64,000 nucleotides of DNA, from NCBI GenBank assembly GCA_002104905.1, contig MCFE01000030.1, forward strand, positions 160,927-224,926, in the 5' to 3' direction. This document shows, piece by piece, positions 63,618 through 64,000 of this stretch. Below the pieces are notes generated by a model. That model had not been told where the DNA came from and ran no database searches. It worked only from the letters and a program-made list of their open reading frames with translations. Position numbers and translations under genes: made by a program. The DNA comes from Basidiobolus meristosporus CBS 931.73 (Eukaryota > Fungi > Basidiobolomycota). Within the stretch, counting starts at the first letter, position 1. Each line of letters opens with the position of its first letter.

Positions 63618-63770
63618 GTTAGGGTTAGGGGGAGGAAAGTCACCAAGTGGTGAAATCTTTATTTACTTATGACAAGTATCTAAAGAAGCCAAGTTAATCT
63701 GAAGTAATTCCTAGAAAGCTAGGTCTGAGAGATATCTTCCTGGTAAGCCAGGTCTGAGAGTTGAGAAGCT
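63618..63770 (-). mobile_element. Family B copy B5, 5'-truncated and capped by the telomere
   Basis: Matches the 3' 150 bp of B4, then switches to GGGTTA repeats. Confidence 0.88.
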
Positions 63771-64000
63771 GGGTTAGGGTTAGGGTTAGGGTTAGGGTTA
63801 GGGTTAGGGTTAGGGTTAGGGTTAGGGTTAGGGTTAGGGTTAGGGTTAGGGTTAGGGTTAGGGTTAGGGTTAGGGTTAGGGTTAGGGTTAGGGTTAGGGT
63901 TAGGGTTAGGGTTAGGGTTAGGGTTAGGGTTAGGGTTAGGGTTAGGGTTAGGGTTAGGGTTAGGGTTAGGGTTAGGGTTAGGGTTAGGGTTAGGGTTAGG
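63771..64000 (+). repeat. Telomere, (TTAGGG)n, ~38 perfect repeats to the window end
   Basis: Uninterrupted GGGTTA array with the G-rich strand running 5'->3' toward the end. Confidence 0.99.

Overview
Eukaryotic window, most likely an intron-containing early-diverging fungus (inferred from gene content and TTAGGG telomere). It is the right end of a chromosome, finishing in at least 230 bp of (TTAGGG)n. There are four zones. (1) 0.6-2.1 kb: a PTAR1-like gene. (2) ~2.2-17.5 kb: a CpG-depleted transposon nest (old Copia element interrupted by a solo LTR, a CACTA/CMC element and two MITEs). (3) ~20-52 kb: ordinary housekeeping genes (WRN/EXD2-type exonuclease, TMEM41, VPS41, 3R-Myb, carnitine acetyltransferase, SMYD-type SET protein, MSH5, OAC1). 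(4) 52.3-63.8 kb: a CACTA fragment and a Copia element broken inside pol, followed directly by a ~9.8-kb head-to-tail array of 11 retroelement units, all with 5' ends pointing to the telomere. The array is the main discovery and holds four families: an APE+RT LINE (A), a second divergent RT LINE (C), an ORF1-only element (D) and a ~530-bp tRNA-headed SINE-like element (B). All four share a covarying two-hairpin 3' module ending in a C-rich/CCCTAA tail, and they are joined by only 0-3 telomeric repeats. This looks like a multi-partner telomere-extending and chromosome-healing retrotransposon system. All alignments and counts were done by eye, and some gene starts and exon boundaries are approximate.
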